Shown here: positions 8,407-16,178 of the stretch, piece by piece
How positions within the stretch are numbered: position 1 is the stretch's first letter
How the letters are laid out: the number at the start of each line of letters is the position of its first letter
NCBI GenBank assembly: GCA_025463785.1
Contig: JAODBD010000003.1
Coordinates: 525,287-589,286 of the forward strand
DNA from: Glaciihabitans sp.
GTDB lineage: Bacteria; Actinomycetota; Actinomycetes; Actinomycetales; Microbacteriaceae
DNA: 64,000 nt
Reading direction: 5' to 3'
Position numbers and translations under genes: made by a program
Notes under the pieces: model-generated
Told to the model about the DNA's origin: nothing
Databases searched by the model: none
Seen by the model: the letters and a program-made list of their open reading frames with translations, nothing else

Positions 8407-9689
8407 TCTGTGGATCCCTTCTGGTTCGCCAGCACTTTGCCGTCGAGGGTGTCATTGTCTGGAAGAACGTGGCCCATGCGGTCACGCTTCGCTTCGAGGT
8501 ACTTTTCGTTGAACTCGCCGACGCCGACGACGAGCGGCACGCGGTCGATTACCTTGATGCCGCGCTCCTTCAGCTGGCGCAGTTTCTCAGGGTTGTTTGT
8601 GATCGCCCGAACCTCAGAGATGCCGAGATCCTCAAGGATGGCGACGGCGGCCCCATAATCGCGCCCATCTGCCGGGAATCCCAGCGCCAGGTTCGCGTCC
8701 AGGGTGTCGAGGCCGTCCTCCTGGAGGCGGTAGGCCTTCAGCTTGTTGATGAGGCCGATGCCGCGACCCTCGTGGCCGCGCATGTAGATGACGATGCCGC
8801 CCTCTTGCTGGATGGCGTCGAGCGCGGCGTCGAGCTGTGGGCCGCACTCACACTTCTCCGAGGCGAACACCTCACCCGTCAGGCACTCGGAGTGCACGCG
8901 CATGAGTGTGCCGTTGGTGGGGTTGCCCGAGATGATCGCGAGGTGATCTGCTCCGGTCTGGCGGTCGCGGTATGCCCGGAAGCGGAACGCGCCATGCTCG
9001 GTCGGCACAGTCGTCTCGACCTCGAAGATCACGCGCGAGGATTCCGGAATCTCGACGGAGAGCGGAACATCGGTATCGCAGTGCCATTCCTGCAGGTACT
9101 CGATGAGGGCGCCAACGGTCGTGACGACGAGTTCTTCGCGCTCACCAAATTCGATGAGCTGGGGCAGTCGCATCATCTCGCCGTCATCGCCGACAATCTC
9201 GCCGATCGCTCCGACCGGGATGAGGTCGGCCAGCTTGAGCAGGTCGACCGCCGCCTCGGTGTGGCCGCCTCGCGAACGCACTCCGCCATCCACCGCCCGA
9301 AGGGGGAGGATGTGGCCCGGCCGGTTGAGGCTCGCCGGCGTCGACTCCATGCTGGCCAGTACGCGCAGGGTATGCGCCCGGTCGGCAGCGCTAATGCCGG
9401 TGCTGAGGCGATCGGCCGCGTCAACCGTGACCGTGTACGCGGTGCCCAACGGATCCTGGTTGTCGAGCACCATGAGCGGAAGCTCGAGGCGATCGGCGAT
9501 CTCGTGCGTCATGGGGGCACAAATGAAACCGGAGGTGTGACGGATCATGAACGCCAGCCACTCCTGCGTCGCGAACTGGGCGGCGATGATGAGGTCGCCC
9601 TCATTTTCGCGGCTCTCGTTGTCGACCACGATGACTGGCCGACCCTCGCTGAGTGCTGCCAGGGCTGTGGGGATGTCGGCGAGACTCAT
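8403..9689 (-). CDS. ribBA: bifunctional 3,4-dihydroxy-2-butanone-4-phosphate synthase / GTP cyclohydrolase II
   Basis: 428 aa. The N-terminal DHBP synthase part carries DNESRENEGDL and the C-terminal GCHII part carries HSECLTGEVF...CECG. Confidence 0.93.
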   Translation of the reverse strand: MSLADIPTALAALSEGRPVIVVDNESRENEGDLIIAAQFATQEWLAFMIRHTSGFICAPMTHEIADRLELPLMVLDNQDPLGTAYTVTVDAADRLSTGISAADRAHTLRVLASMESTPASLNRPGHILPLRAVDGGVRSRGGHTEAAVDLLKLADLIPVGAIGEIVGDDGEMMRLPQLIEFGEREELVVTTVGALIEYLQEWHCDTDVPLSVEIPESSRVIFEVETTVPTEHGAFRFRAYRDRQTGADHLAIISGNPTNGTLMRVHSECLTGEVFASEKCECGPQLDAALDAIQQEGGIVIYMRGHEGRGIGLINKLKAYRLQEDGLDTLDANLALGFPADGRDYGAAVAILEDLGISEVRAITNNPEKLRQLKERGIKVIDRVPLVVGVGEFNEKYLEAKRDRMGHVLPDNDTLDGKVLANQKGSTE

Positions 9690-10354
9690 GACTCGCTCCT
9701 CTCGTTTGAGATTGAAAACCCGATAGGTGTGCGGGGATCGCGGATGGAGCTGGGCTCGTCATCCGCACCGAACTGGATGAGACGCTGAACCTGCCTCGCG
9801 AGGATGTCGGTCTCGATGTTGACCCGGTCGCCGACAACCTTGCTTCCGAGGGTCGTCGCCTCGAGGGTTTCGGGGATGAGCGAAACCTCGAACCAGTCGC
9901 CGCCGACGGCGCTGACCGTGAGCGAGATTCCATCGATCGCGATGGAGCCCTTCCGCGTGACGAGTGGGGCGTGCTCGGCATCGAGGCTGAGGCGCACGAC
10001 GCGCCAGGCGCTGCCATCCTCGATGCGCAGGATGCCGCTGGTGCCGTCGATGTGACCCTGCACGATGTGGCCGCCGATGCGGTCGCCCACCTTCGCGGCG
10101 CGCTCGAGGTTCACCCGGGTACCGGGTGTGAGCCCCGAAAGCGTGCTGGCGGCGATCGACTCGGCCATGACGTCCGCGGTGAACCAGTCGTCGCCCTGGT
10201 CGATGACCGTGAGGCAGACGCCGCTGACCGAGATCGAGTCGCCGTGTTTGGCGTCAGAGACCGCAATGGGTGCCTTGACGGTGACGCGGGCGGCGTCGGC
10301 CGTTTGCTCCCAGGCGATGATCTCGCCGAGTTCTTCGATGATTCCGGTGAACAT
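9686..10354 (-). CDS. ribE: riboflavin synthase alpha chain
   Basis: MFTGIIEELG... with the duplicated lumazine-binding repeat (GDSISVSGVCLTV / GSIAIDGISLTV). Confidence 0.92.
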   Translation of the reverse strand: MFTGIIEELGEIIAWEQTADAARVTVKAPIAVSDAKHGDSISVSGVCLTVIDQGDDWFTADVMAESIAASTLSGLTPGTRVNLERAAKVGDRIGGHIVQGHIDGTSGILRIEDGSAWRVVRLSLDAEHAPLVTRKGSIAIDGISLTVSAVGGDWFEVSLIPETLEATTLGSKVVGDRVNIETDILARQVQRLIQFGADDEPSSIRDPRTPIGFSISNERSES

Positions 10355-10356
10355 GG

Positions 10357-11451
10357 CTATGCTCCTGTTCTCTCGTTGGCTTTGCGGCGCGCAGAGGCGC
10401 GAGTATCGAGCCCAGCCCCGCCGCGCACCGGCCGTGCCGTGAGTAAAAGATCGCCGCCCAGCTGCTCGACGCTTCGGACATCCAACCTCTTGATGCCGGG
10501 CATGCTCGTTACGCCGATGTCGCCGATCGCGAGCTTGTCGCCGCCCAGCAGTGTCGGCGAGAGGTAGATGGCGTACTCGTCGACCAGGTCTTCTGCGACG
10601 AGGGCGCTTACCAGCGTCGGGCCACCCTCGACGAAGGCGCGACGGATGCCGCGATCAAACAGCGCGCCGAGGATCGCGGGCAGATCCCGGCTCGCCGTCT
10701 CGATCAGGCCGGCCGGGTGTCGCCGGAGTTTCGCAGCCGCCGGGATTGCACGCTCACCGACGACAACGGGAACCGGCTGGTGCTCCATGAGCTCGCCGGC
10801 ATCCCCGCGTGCTGTCAGCGACGGATCGTCGGCGAAGACAGTGCCGGTGCCGACCAGGATGGCATCGTTCGCGGCGCGCTGCTCGTGCACCCGCTGGCGG
10901 GCGGCCGTGCCGGTGATCCACTGGCTGGAACCGTCTGCTGCTGCGGCACGGCCGTCGAGCGTCGATGCCCACTTCACTGTGACGTAGGCGCGGCGAAGGC
11001 GGGTCGAGGTGAGCCAGACGCGGAGGAACTCTGTCGCCTCATCGGCGAGCAGGCTACCCGTGACGGTGACGCCCGCCTCGGCCAGGCGCTCGGCGCCGCC
11101 GCGAGCAAGCAGGCCCGGGTCGCTGACGGCGAAGAAGACCTCGTGGATGCCGGCGGCGATCAGCGCCTCGGAGCACGGCCCCGTACGCCCGGTGTGATTG
11201 CACGGCTCGAGCGTCACCACGGCGGTGAGGCCGCGCGCGTCCGGGCGGCCGTCGACCTGGGGGAGTTGGGAAAGGGCATCCACCTCGGCGTGTGCTGTTC
11301 CGGCGCCGCGGTGCCAGCCCTCGGCGACCGTATTGCCGTCGGAGTCGAGGATGACGCAGCCGACCTGCGGGTTGTCGCCGGTTGCCGGGCCGCGCGACGC
11401 GAGATCGAGGCCGTGGCGCATCGCCTGCTCGAGTTGCTGTCGTTCGATCAT
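10357..11451 (-). CDS. ribD: bifunctional diaminohydroxyphosphoribosylaminopyrimidine deaminase / 5-amino-6-(5-phosphoribosylamino)uracil reductase
   Basis: Deaminase zinc motif HAEV...LEPCNHTGRTGPC plus a C-terminal reductase domain. The internal ATG at 11451 (MIERQQ) was chosen because it lies 5 nt after a GAGGA Shine-Dalgarno sequence. Confidence 0.9.
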   Translation of the reverse strand: MIERQQLEQAMRHGLDLASRGPATGDNPQVGCVILDSDGNTVAEGWHRGAGTAHAEVDALSQLPQVDGRPDARGLTAVVTLEPCNHTGRTGPCSEALIAAGIHEVFFAVSDPGLLARGGAERLAEAGVTVTGSLLADEATEFLRVWLTSTRLRRAYVTVKWASTLDGRAAAADGSSQWITGTAARQRVHEQRAANDAILVGTGTVFADDPSLTARGDAGELMEHQPVPVVVGERAIPAAAKLRRHPAGLIETASRDLPAILGALFDRGIRRAFVEGGPTLVSALVAEDLVDEYAIYLSPTLLGGDKLAIGDIGVTSMPGIKRLDVRSVEQLGGDLLLTARPVRGGAGLDTRASARRKANERTGA

Positions 11452-11454
11452 CCG

Positions 11455-11650
11455 GTCCTCAGTTCTGAGGCTCCGGGGATTGGTCGTGTGAGACCTGGTG
11501 CGTGGCGACGCCAAACACCGTGTGCTGCCTCCCATCCGGACTTTAACCGTCGGTCTCGGAGTTTCACCGAGTCAACCGCGTCGACTTTCGTCTGGACGGC
11601 TCGTGGACTATCACCACCGGTTCGGACTCTCACCGACCCCGGAGCACGTT
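11455..11650 (-). ncRNA. FMN riboswitch (RFN element) with an SD-sequestering expression platform
   Basis: The minus strand reads GUGCUCCGGGGUCGGUGAGAGUCCGAACCGGUGGUGAUAGUCCACGA...GGUGAAACUCCGAGACCGACGGUUAAAGUCCGGAUGGGAGGCAGCAC, which matches the conserved RFN core. The downstream hairpin CCUCAGAACUGAGG (plus-strand 11457-11470) includes the ribD SD. Confidence 0.92.
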
Positions 11651-11695
11651 TCTACTGTACTAAACGCCACCGGCGCGTGGGTATTCCCGCGTAAC

Positions 11696-11745
11696 ACCGC
11701 CGCCCACCCGCCCCGCCGCCCACCTCCCGTCCCGCGCCGCCATCC
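11696..11745. repeat. C-rich low-complexity tract (G-rich on the minus strand)
   Basis: CACCGCCGCCCACCCGCCCCGCCGCCCACCTCCCGTCCCGCGCCGCC. It is approximately inverted with respect to the G-rich tract at 12968-13085. Confidence 0.7.
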
Positions 11746-11748
11746 GCT

Positions 11749-11828
11749 CGTAACTCATGCTGCGCCGCGCCGCGGGGTCTCCTTACCGGCGTGTTGCATC
11801 CAGCTGCCAGCTCGTGGCATGAGTTACG
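11749..11828. repeat. palindromic-terminus element, copy B1 (about 80 nt)
   Basis: CGTAACTCATGC at 11749-11760 and GCATGAGTTACG at 11817-11828 form a 12 nt perfect inverted repeat. The core GGCGTGTTGC lies at 11788-11797. Confidence 0.7.
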
Positions 11829-11938
11829 CACGCCAGCGCCGCGCGCGACCTCTCCTCGGCAGGGTGCCGATAGCCGGGAGTTTTCACAGAAACGGCCTCG
11901 GGTCGTTCCGGTGGCGCTATGCAAGGAACGATTTTGGG

Positions 11939-12802
11939 ATGGCGTGGGCAGAGACGTTCGAATCCGTCGGCCTGGTGATCGCCAGCCGGAACGAGCTTGT
12001 CAGCTGCGGCGCGCGACCGCGGAGCCTCACGGCGGCCGTGCGAAACAACTATCTGATCAGAGTGCGTCGCGATCACTACGCGCTGCCGGGCACCGCAGAA
12101 GACATCGTTCAGGCCGTACGCGTGGGTGGCAAGATTGCCTGCGTCACGGTGCTCGCACGTGCCGGGATTTTCGTCTTCGACGCGACGTTCCCCCATGCTC
12201 ACCTTCGCAAGGCCGCGTCGCGGAGCCGGTCGCCACGTAATCGATTCGTCCCATTGACGGTCGACAACCGCGACGGCGTGGAGTTGCACTGGGTTCCCCT
12301 CGCAGAGCCCGAGCGCGCGAATGAGTTTTCGGTGGGGCTGCGCGACGCGCTGATCCAGGCGGTTCGATGCCAGCATCCATGGATGGCGGTTGCCTCGCTC
12401 GACAACGCCCTCTACCTTGGCCTCGTCGACCGGGGCGACATCCGTTACATCTTTCAGCAGCTGGGTGCGAAGTATTCGTACCTCGAGAAGCGGCTCAACG
12501 GTCGGAGCGAGTCCGGCCAGGAGTCGGTGCTGCGAATGATCCTGGACGAATTGGGGCTCGACTACGAGATCCAGGTGACCTTCCCGGGCATCGGACGAGT
12601 CGACTTTCTCGTCGAGAATCGCTTGGTGGTCGAGGCCGACAGTCGGGTGGCTCACGATGGGTGGGAACTCCACGTCCGCGATCGTGATCGCGACATCGAC
12701 CTGGCGCGACGCCACCTTATGAGCATCCGCCCCGCTTATCGGCGCACCATGTTCGCGCCGGATGACGTTCGGGATGCGATCCTCGGTCTTCTGACGGCTT
12801 AA
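11939..12802 (+). CDS. wHTH (AbiEi_4-like N-terminus) + DUF559/Vsr-like PD-(D/E)xK-fold protein
   Basis: The internal ATG at 11939 (MAWAETFES...) was chosen as start. The N-terminus reads L..CGARPRSLTAAVRNNYLIRVRRDHYALPG and the C-terminus reads SESGQESVLRMIL..LGL....QV..PGIGRVDFLVENRLVVEADSRVAH. The start is uncertain because the ORF is open from 11498. Confidence 0.7.
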   Translation: MAWAETFESVGLVIASRNELVSCGARPRSLTAAVRNNYLIRVRRDHYALPGTAEDIVQAVRVGGKIACVTVLARAGIFVFDATFPHAHLRKAASRSRSPRNRFVPLTVDNRDGVELHWVPLAEPERANEFSVGLRDALIQAVRCQHPWMAVASLDNALYLGLVDRGDIRYIFQQLGAKYSYLEKRLNGRSESGQESVLRMILDELGLDYEIQVTFPGIGRVDFLVENRLVVEADSRVAHDGWELHVRDRDRDIDLARRHLMSIRPAYRRTMFAPDDVRDAILGLLTA

Positions 12803-12874
12803 CCAGGGCTCTCGGGGCTGGCTTGCCTGTGGCTGTTCCGCGGGCGTTCGCGCCGCCGGATGGTTCCCGCGCGC

Positions 12875-12955
12875 GCATAACTCATGCCGCTCTGGTGATT
12901 TGCTCGGCAACACGCCGCCAGACAGCCCATTCGACCGTTGTCAGCATGAGTTGCG
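12875..12955. repeat. palindromic-terminus element, copy B2 (about 81 nt, inverted relative to B1)
   Basis: GCATAACTCATGC at 12875-12887 and GCATGAGTTGCG at 12944-12955. The core lies on the opposite strand (GCAACACGCC at 12907-16). Confidence 0.7.
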
Positions 12956-12967
12956 AACCACACAACC

Positions 12968-13085
12968 CGGGCGCGGTGGCGGGGCGGGGCGGCGGGTGTG
13001 GGGCAGTGGGCCGGCGCCGGGGCCGGGGCCCGGGGCCGGGGCCCGCGGCCGGGACCGTGCCGGTGGCGGGGCGGCGCGCGCGGGC
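12968..13085. repeat. G-rich low-complexity tract with (GGGGCC)n-like runs
   Basis: GGTGGCGGGGCGGGGCGGCGGGTGTGGGGCAGTGGGCCGGCGCCGGGGCCGGGGCCCGGGGCCGGGGCCC... It has many runs of 4 or more G. Confidence 0.75.
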
Positions 13086-13086
13086 G

Positions 13087-13806
13087 CTACAGCGCCGCGA
13101 GGAGCGGCGGCAGTTCGGCCAGCGTCGTGATCGTGTGGACTCCGGATGCCGCTGCCGAGCGAACCTCTTCGGCCGAAGCCGCTCCACCGCGGTTGACCCA
13201 CACGCCCGCAAGCCCCGCGGCGGCCGCGCCGATCGCGTCGGTGTTGAGCCGATCACCCACGTACGCAGCGGAAGCGGGAGACACGCCGAACAGGTCGCAC
13301 GCGTGCAGGAAAATGCTCGGGTCGGGCTTCACGGCACCGAAATCGCCCGATGTCACGATGTGCTCGAACCACGGTGTAAGCCCGAGCACATCGAGCTTGG
13401 GCTGCTGAAAGTGGGTAACCCCGTTCGTGATAATCCCGAGCCGCAAACCGCGGAGCGCCGCGAGCATGGGCACCGCGTCGTCGTGCAGCGTCCACGCCGC
13501 GCGATAGTGCGCCAGGTAGTCCTCGAACCAGGTCTCGGCCGCGAGGTTGTCGGCAAAAGTGATTCCGTACGGTTCCATGAAGTCTCGCGCGCGGGCGTGA
13601 CGCTGGCCCAAATAGTCGAGTTCGCCGCCCAGATACCGCGTGTAGTGCTTCTCTTCGAGCGCGGTCCACCGTGTGGCCTCGGCGCCCTCATCGAACGGAC
13701 CCGGCAGTTCGGTGAGCGATTTCAGGTGCGCAACCACCCCATCCTCAACTGCCCGCCGGTGGGCGAAAAGCGTATCGTCGAGGTCGAAGAGCACTACGGA
13801 GATCAC
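13087..13806 (-). CDS. HAD-superfamily hydrolase (subfamily IA)
   Basis: Motif I is VLFDLDDTLF, followed by GIITNG and the motif IV region YVGDRLNTDAIGAAAAG. GTG 13806 was chosen as start, although the ORF is open to 13854. Confidence 0.8.
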   Translation of the reverse strand: MISVVLFDLDDTLFAHRRAVEDGVVAHLKSLTELPGPFDEGAEATRWTALEEKHYTRYLGGELDYLGQRHARARDFMEPYGITFADNLAAETWFEDYLAHYRAAWTLHDDAVPMLAALRGLRLGIITNGVTHFQQPKLDVLGLTPWFEHIVTSGDFGAVKPDPSIFLHACDLFGVSPASAAYVGDRLNTDAIGAAAAGLAGVWVNRGGAASAEEVRSAAASGVHTITTLAELPPLLAAL

Positions 13807-13839
13807 GTCACTATCTTGGCCCGTGGAGGATGAGTGGAT

Positions 13840-14649
13840 ATGACCAGACCGCACGATGACGGCAGCGCCGGCGATGTCGACTACGCGAACCTGGCATCCG
13901 GTTATCTAAATTACCGCCGACCGGATTTCAGAATCCAGCTCCAAATCGACCGTGCGCTTGGCGATGCCTTCACCGTGCTCAACGTCGGTGCAGGCGCGGG
14001 GGGATATGAGCCCGCCCAGTGCGATGTCACGGCGGTCGAGCCATCGGCATCCATGCGGGCTCAGCGGCGGTCGGCGAAACCGGCGATCGATGCGACAGCA
14101 GAAACGCTTCCCTTCGCGGACGCGAGCTTCGACGCGAGTATGTCGACGATGTCTGTGCACCAGTGGCCGGATCTCGAGGCCGGGCTTGCGAACATGCGGC
14201 GTGTCACGAAGGGTTCGGTGGTGATCATGACCGCTGACCCTGCGCTCGTCGAGCGGTTCTGGCTGAACGACTACGCGCCAGAGGTCATGTCGACGGAGGC
14301 TCGTCGATTTCCGGCGATCGACCGCGTCGCGAACGCGCTCGGTGGCGAAATCGCCGTCGAGGTGGTGCACATACCACTTGACTGCACCGACGGATTCAAC
14401 CAGGCGTACTACGGCCGCCCGGAGGTGCTGCTCGACGGCGGCGCGAGGCGCGCGAACTCGGCGTGGAGTTTTGTCGGACCCGAGGTCGAAGATCGTTTCG
14501 TACACGACCTTCGGGTCGATCTCGCTTCGGGCGCATGGGATGAGAAGTACGGACACCTCCGCATCCTTCCGACCTTCGACGCGTCGCTCAGGCTGGTGGT
14601 TTCACGGCCGGCCACCCCGGCTGGGCTTCGCGCGAGTCGCTCGCGCTGA
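13840..14649 (+). CDS. class I SAM-dependent methyltransferase
   Basis: VLNVGAGAGGYE is the SAM-binding motif I. The ATG at 13840 lies 9 nt after a GGAGGA SD. The 3' end overlaps the convergent GNAT gene by 62 nt. Confidence 0.8.
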   Translation: MTRPHDDGSAGDVDYANLASGYLNYRRPDFRIQLQIDRALGDAFTVLNVGAGAGGYEPAQCDVTAVEPSASMRAQRRSAKPAIDATAETLPFADASFDASMSTMSVHQWPDLEAGLANMRRVTKGSVVIMTADPALVERFWLNDYAPEVMSTEARRFPAIDRVANALGGEIAVEVVHIPLDCTDGFNQAYYGRPEVLLDGGARRANSAWSFVGPEVEDRFVHDLRVDLASGAWDEKYGHLRILPTFDASLRLVVSRPATPAGLRASRSR

Positions 14650-15145
14650 TCTCCCCGTGCCAGGCCGCTCTCGGCTTGCCATCGCGGTGCAGGTGCGACG
14701 AGTCATACTCTCCGCGATAGCTAAAGCCCGCCTTTCGAGCCACGGATGCCGACTGCGTGTTGCCGACGAGGCACTCCCAAACAACCCGCTGCACACCCGT
14801 TGAGAACACCCAGTCGAGGATGCCGCCAACCGCCTCGGTCATGTAGCCGTTTCCGCGATGCGCGGCGCCGATCCAGAAGCCGATGTCGCCACGGGTGCGG
14901 AAGCTCGCGGCGCCCAGATACTGCCCGTCCAGCCGGAGCGCCCAGCCGTACTCGACGTCGAGCTTCCAGCCGTTCGGCACAAACTCGGTCACGTACTCGA
15001 GCCCGTTGTCGCGCGTGTACGGCCACGGGGTCGTCAGCACCGTTTCGAACACCGGGTCCTGGCAGTGCGCGACGATCGTCTCCACGTCGTCGAGCGTCGG
15101 CTGATCGAGCACCAACCGTGGCGTCTGCAGAACGACGGGCTTCAT
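14588..15145 (-). CDS. GNAT family N-acetyltransferase (RimJ/RimL-like)
   Basis: MKPVVLQTPRLVLDQPTLDD...; the core is GFWIGAAHRGNGYMTEAV...ARKAGF. Its ATG overlaps the trpS stop (ATGA). Confidence 0.8.
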   Translation of the reverse strand: MKPVVLQTPRLVLDQPTLDDVETIVAHCQDPVFETVLTTPWPYTRDNGLEYVTEFVPNGWKLDVEYGWALRLDGQYLGAASFRTRGDIGFWIGAAHRGNGYMTEAVGGILDWVFSTGVQRVVWECLVGNTQSASVARKAGFSYRGEYDSSHLHRDGKPRAAWHGEISASDSREAQPGWPAVKPPA

Positions 15146-16149
15146 CGGCGCGGCAGCAGGCCGATGCGGTCGTACACCTCGTCGAGCTTGGGTTGCGCAA
15201 TCGCCTCGGCGCGGTCGGCGTTGGTTGCGAGAATCCGGTCGAGCTCGGCCGGGTCGGCCAGCAGCTCGAGCGCTCGCGACCGGATCGGCTCGAAGGTGGC
15301 GACCACGGCATCCGCCACAGTCGATTTCAGATCGCCATACCCGCGGCCCTCGAACGATGCCTCGAGGTCGGCAACGGGCGTCGAGGTGAATGCCGACAGG
15401 ATGGTCAGCAGGTTCGAGACGCCCGGCTTTGCGGCGCGATCGAAGCGAACGACTCGATCGTCGTCTGTCACCGCCGCTTTGATCTTCTTCGCGGTCTTCG
15501 ACGGCTCGTCGAGCATCCAGACGACGCCGCTGTCGGAGGCGGCCGATTTGCTCATCTTGGCCTCGGGGTTCTGCAGGTCGTAGATGCGCGCAGTCGCCTT
15601 CAGGATGACCGGCTCGGGAACAACGAAGGTCGTGCCGAACCGCGAATTGAACCGGTTGGCGAGGTCGCGCGTCAGCTCGATGTGCTGCTTCTGGTCGTCG
15701 CCGACGGGCACGACGTTGGTGTCGTAGAGCAGGATGTCGGCCGCCATGAGCGTCGGGTAGGCGAACAGCCCAACGGATGCGGCATCCGTGCCCTGCTTCG
15801 CCGCCTTGTCTTTGAACTGGGTCATCCGGCTGGCCTCGCCAAAGCCGGTGAGTGTGTTCAGGATCCAGGCCAGCTCGGGATGCGCGGGTACATGAGACTG
15901 GATGAACAGAATCGAGCGCTCCGGGTCGATCCCCGCCGCAATGTACTGGGCCACCGTGCGGCGGGTTTGCTCGCGCAGCAGCGCAGGGTCTTGCGGAACG
16001 GTGAGTGCGTGCAGGTCGACCACGCAGAAGATCGCGTCGTTGGTCGACTGCATCTCCTTCCACTGGAGGAGCGCGCCGATGTAGTTGCCGATCTGAAGTG
16101 AATCGGCGGAAGGCTGCATTCCCGAGAAGAGTCGTGGCTTGGTGCTCAT
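15142..16149 (-). CDS. trpS: tryptophan--tRNA ligase
   Basis: 335 aa, with FSGMQPSADSLQIGNY (HIGH-region equivalent) and KMSKS. Confidence 0.95.
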   Translation of the reverse strand: MSTKPRLFSGMQPSADSLQIGNYIGALLQWKEMQSTNDAIFCVVDLHALTVPQDPALLREQTRRTVAQYIAAGIDPERSILFIQSHVPAHPELAWILNTLTGFGEASRMTQFKDKAAKQGTDAASVGLFAYPTLMAADILLYDTNVVPVGDDQKQHIELTRDLANRFNSRFGTTFVVPEPVILKATARIYDLQNPEAKMSKSAASDSGVVWMLDEPSKTAKKIKAAVTDDDRVVRFDRAAKPGVSNLLTILSAFTSTPVADLEASFEGRGYGDLKSTVADAVVATFEPIRSRALELLADPAELDRILATNADRAEAIAQPKLDEVYDRIGLLPRR

Positions 16150-16178
16150 GCGTACAGTCTTTCAGAGCGACGGAGCCG

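Noticed and set aside
8388-9788. Long antisense ORFs opposite well-supported genes: 500-1525(-), 1691-2650(+), 8388-9788(+), 10717-11694(+), 11783-12913(-), 12823-13833(+), 14746-16101(+), 32305-33798(+), 49077-50267(+), 51219-52370(-), 55099-56931(+), 57950-59257(-), 59454-61061(+) and 62111-63352(-).
   Set aside because: Their translations are Arg/Gly/Asp/Pro-rich and low in complexity, with no recognisable motifs. The opposite strand carries unmistakable family signatures (ribBA, trpS, sdhA, accA and others). Such shadow ORFs are expected in DNA of about 68% GC, where stop codons are rare.
11940-11975. tRNA-like T-arm strings (for example GTTCGAATCC at about 11955 and TTCGAACC at about 29300), and a general scan for tRNA/rRNA genes.
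   Set aside because: The strings lie inside a CDS or in AT-rich promoter DNA with no acceptor or anticodon stems around them. No cloverleaf candidates or rRNA-like conserved blocks were seen anywhere in the window.
424-12955. Integron attC-site interpretation of the 80-86 nt elements (GCATAAC...GTTATGC resembles RYYYAAC...GTTRRRY, and the length is within the attC range).
   Set aside because: The core sites deviate from the consensus at the same symmetric position. The copies flanking the 11.9 kb gene are inverted rather than direct. The copies are dispersed rather than arranged in a cassette array, and no intI-type integrase or attI is present. From memory, integrons have been reported as essentially absent from Actinobacteria. 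This is kept only as a remote possibility, testable with IntegronFinder.
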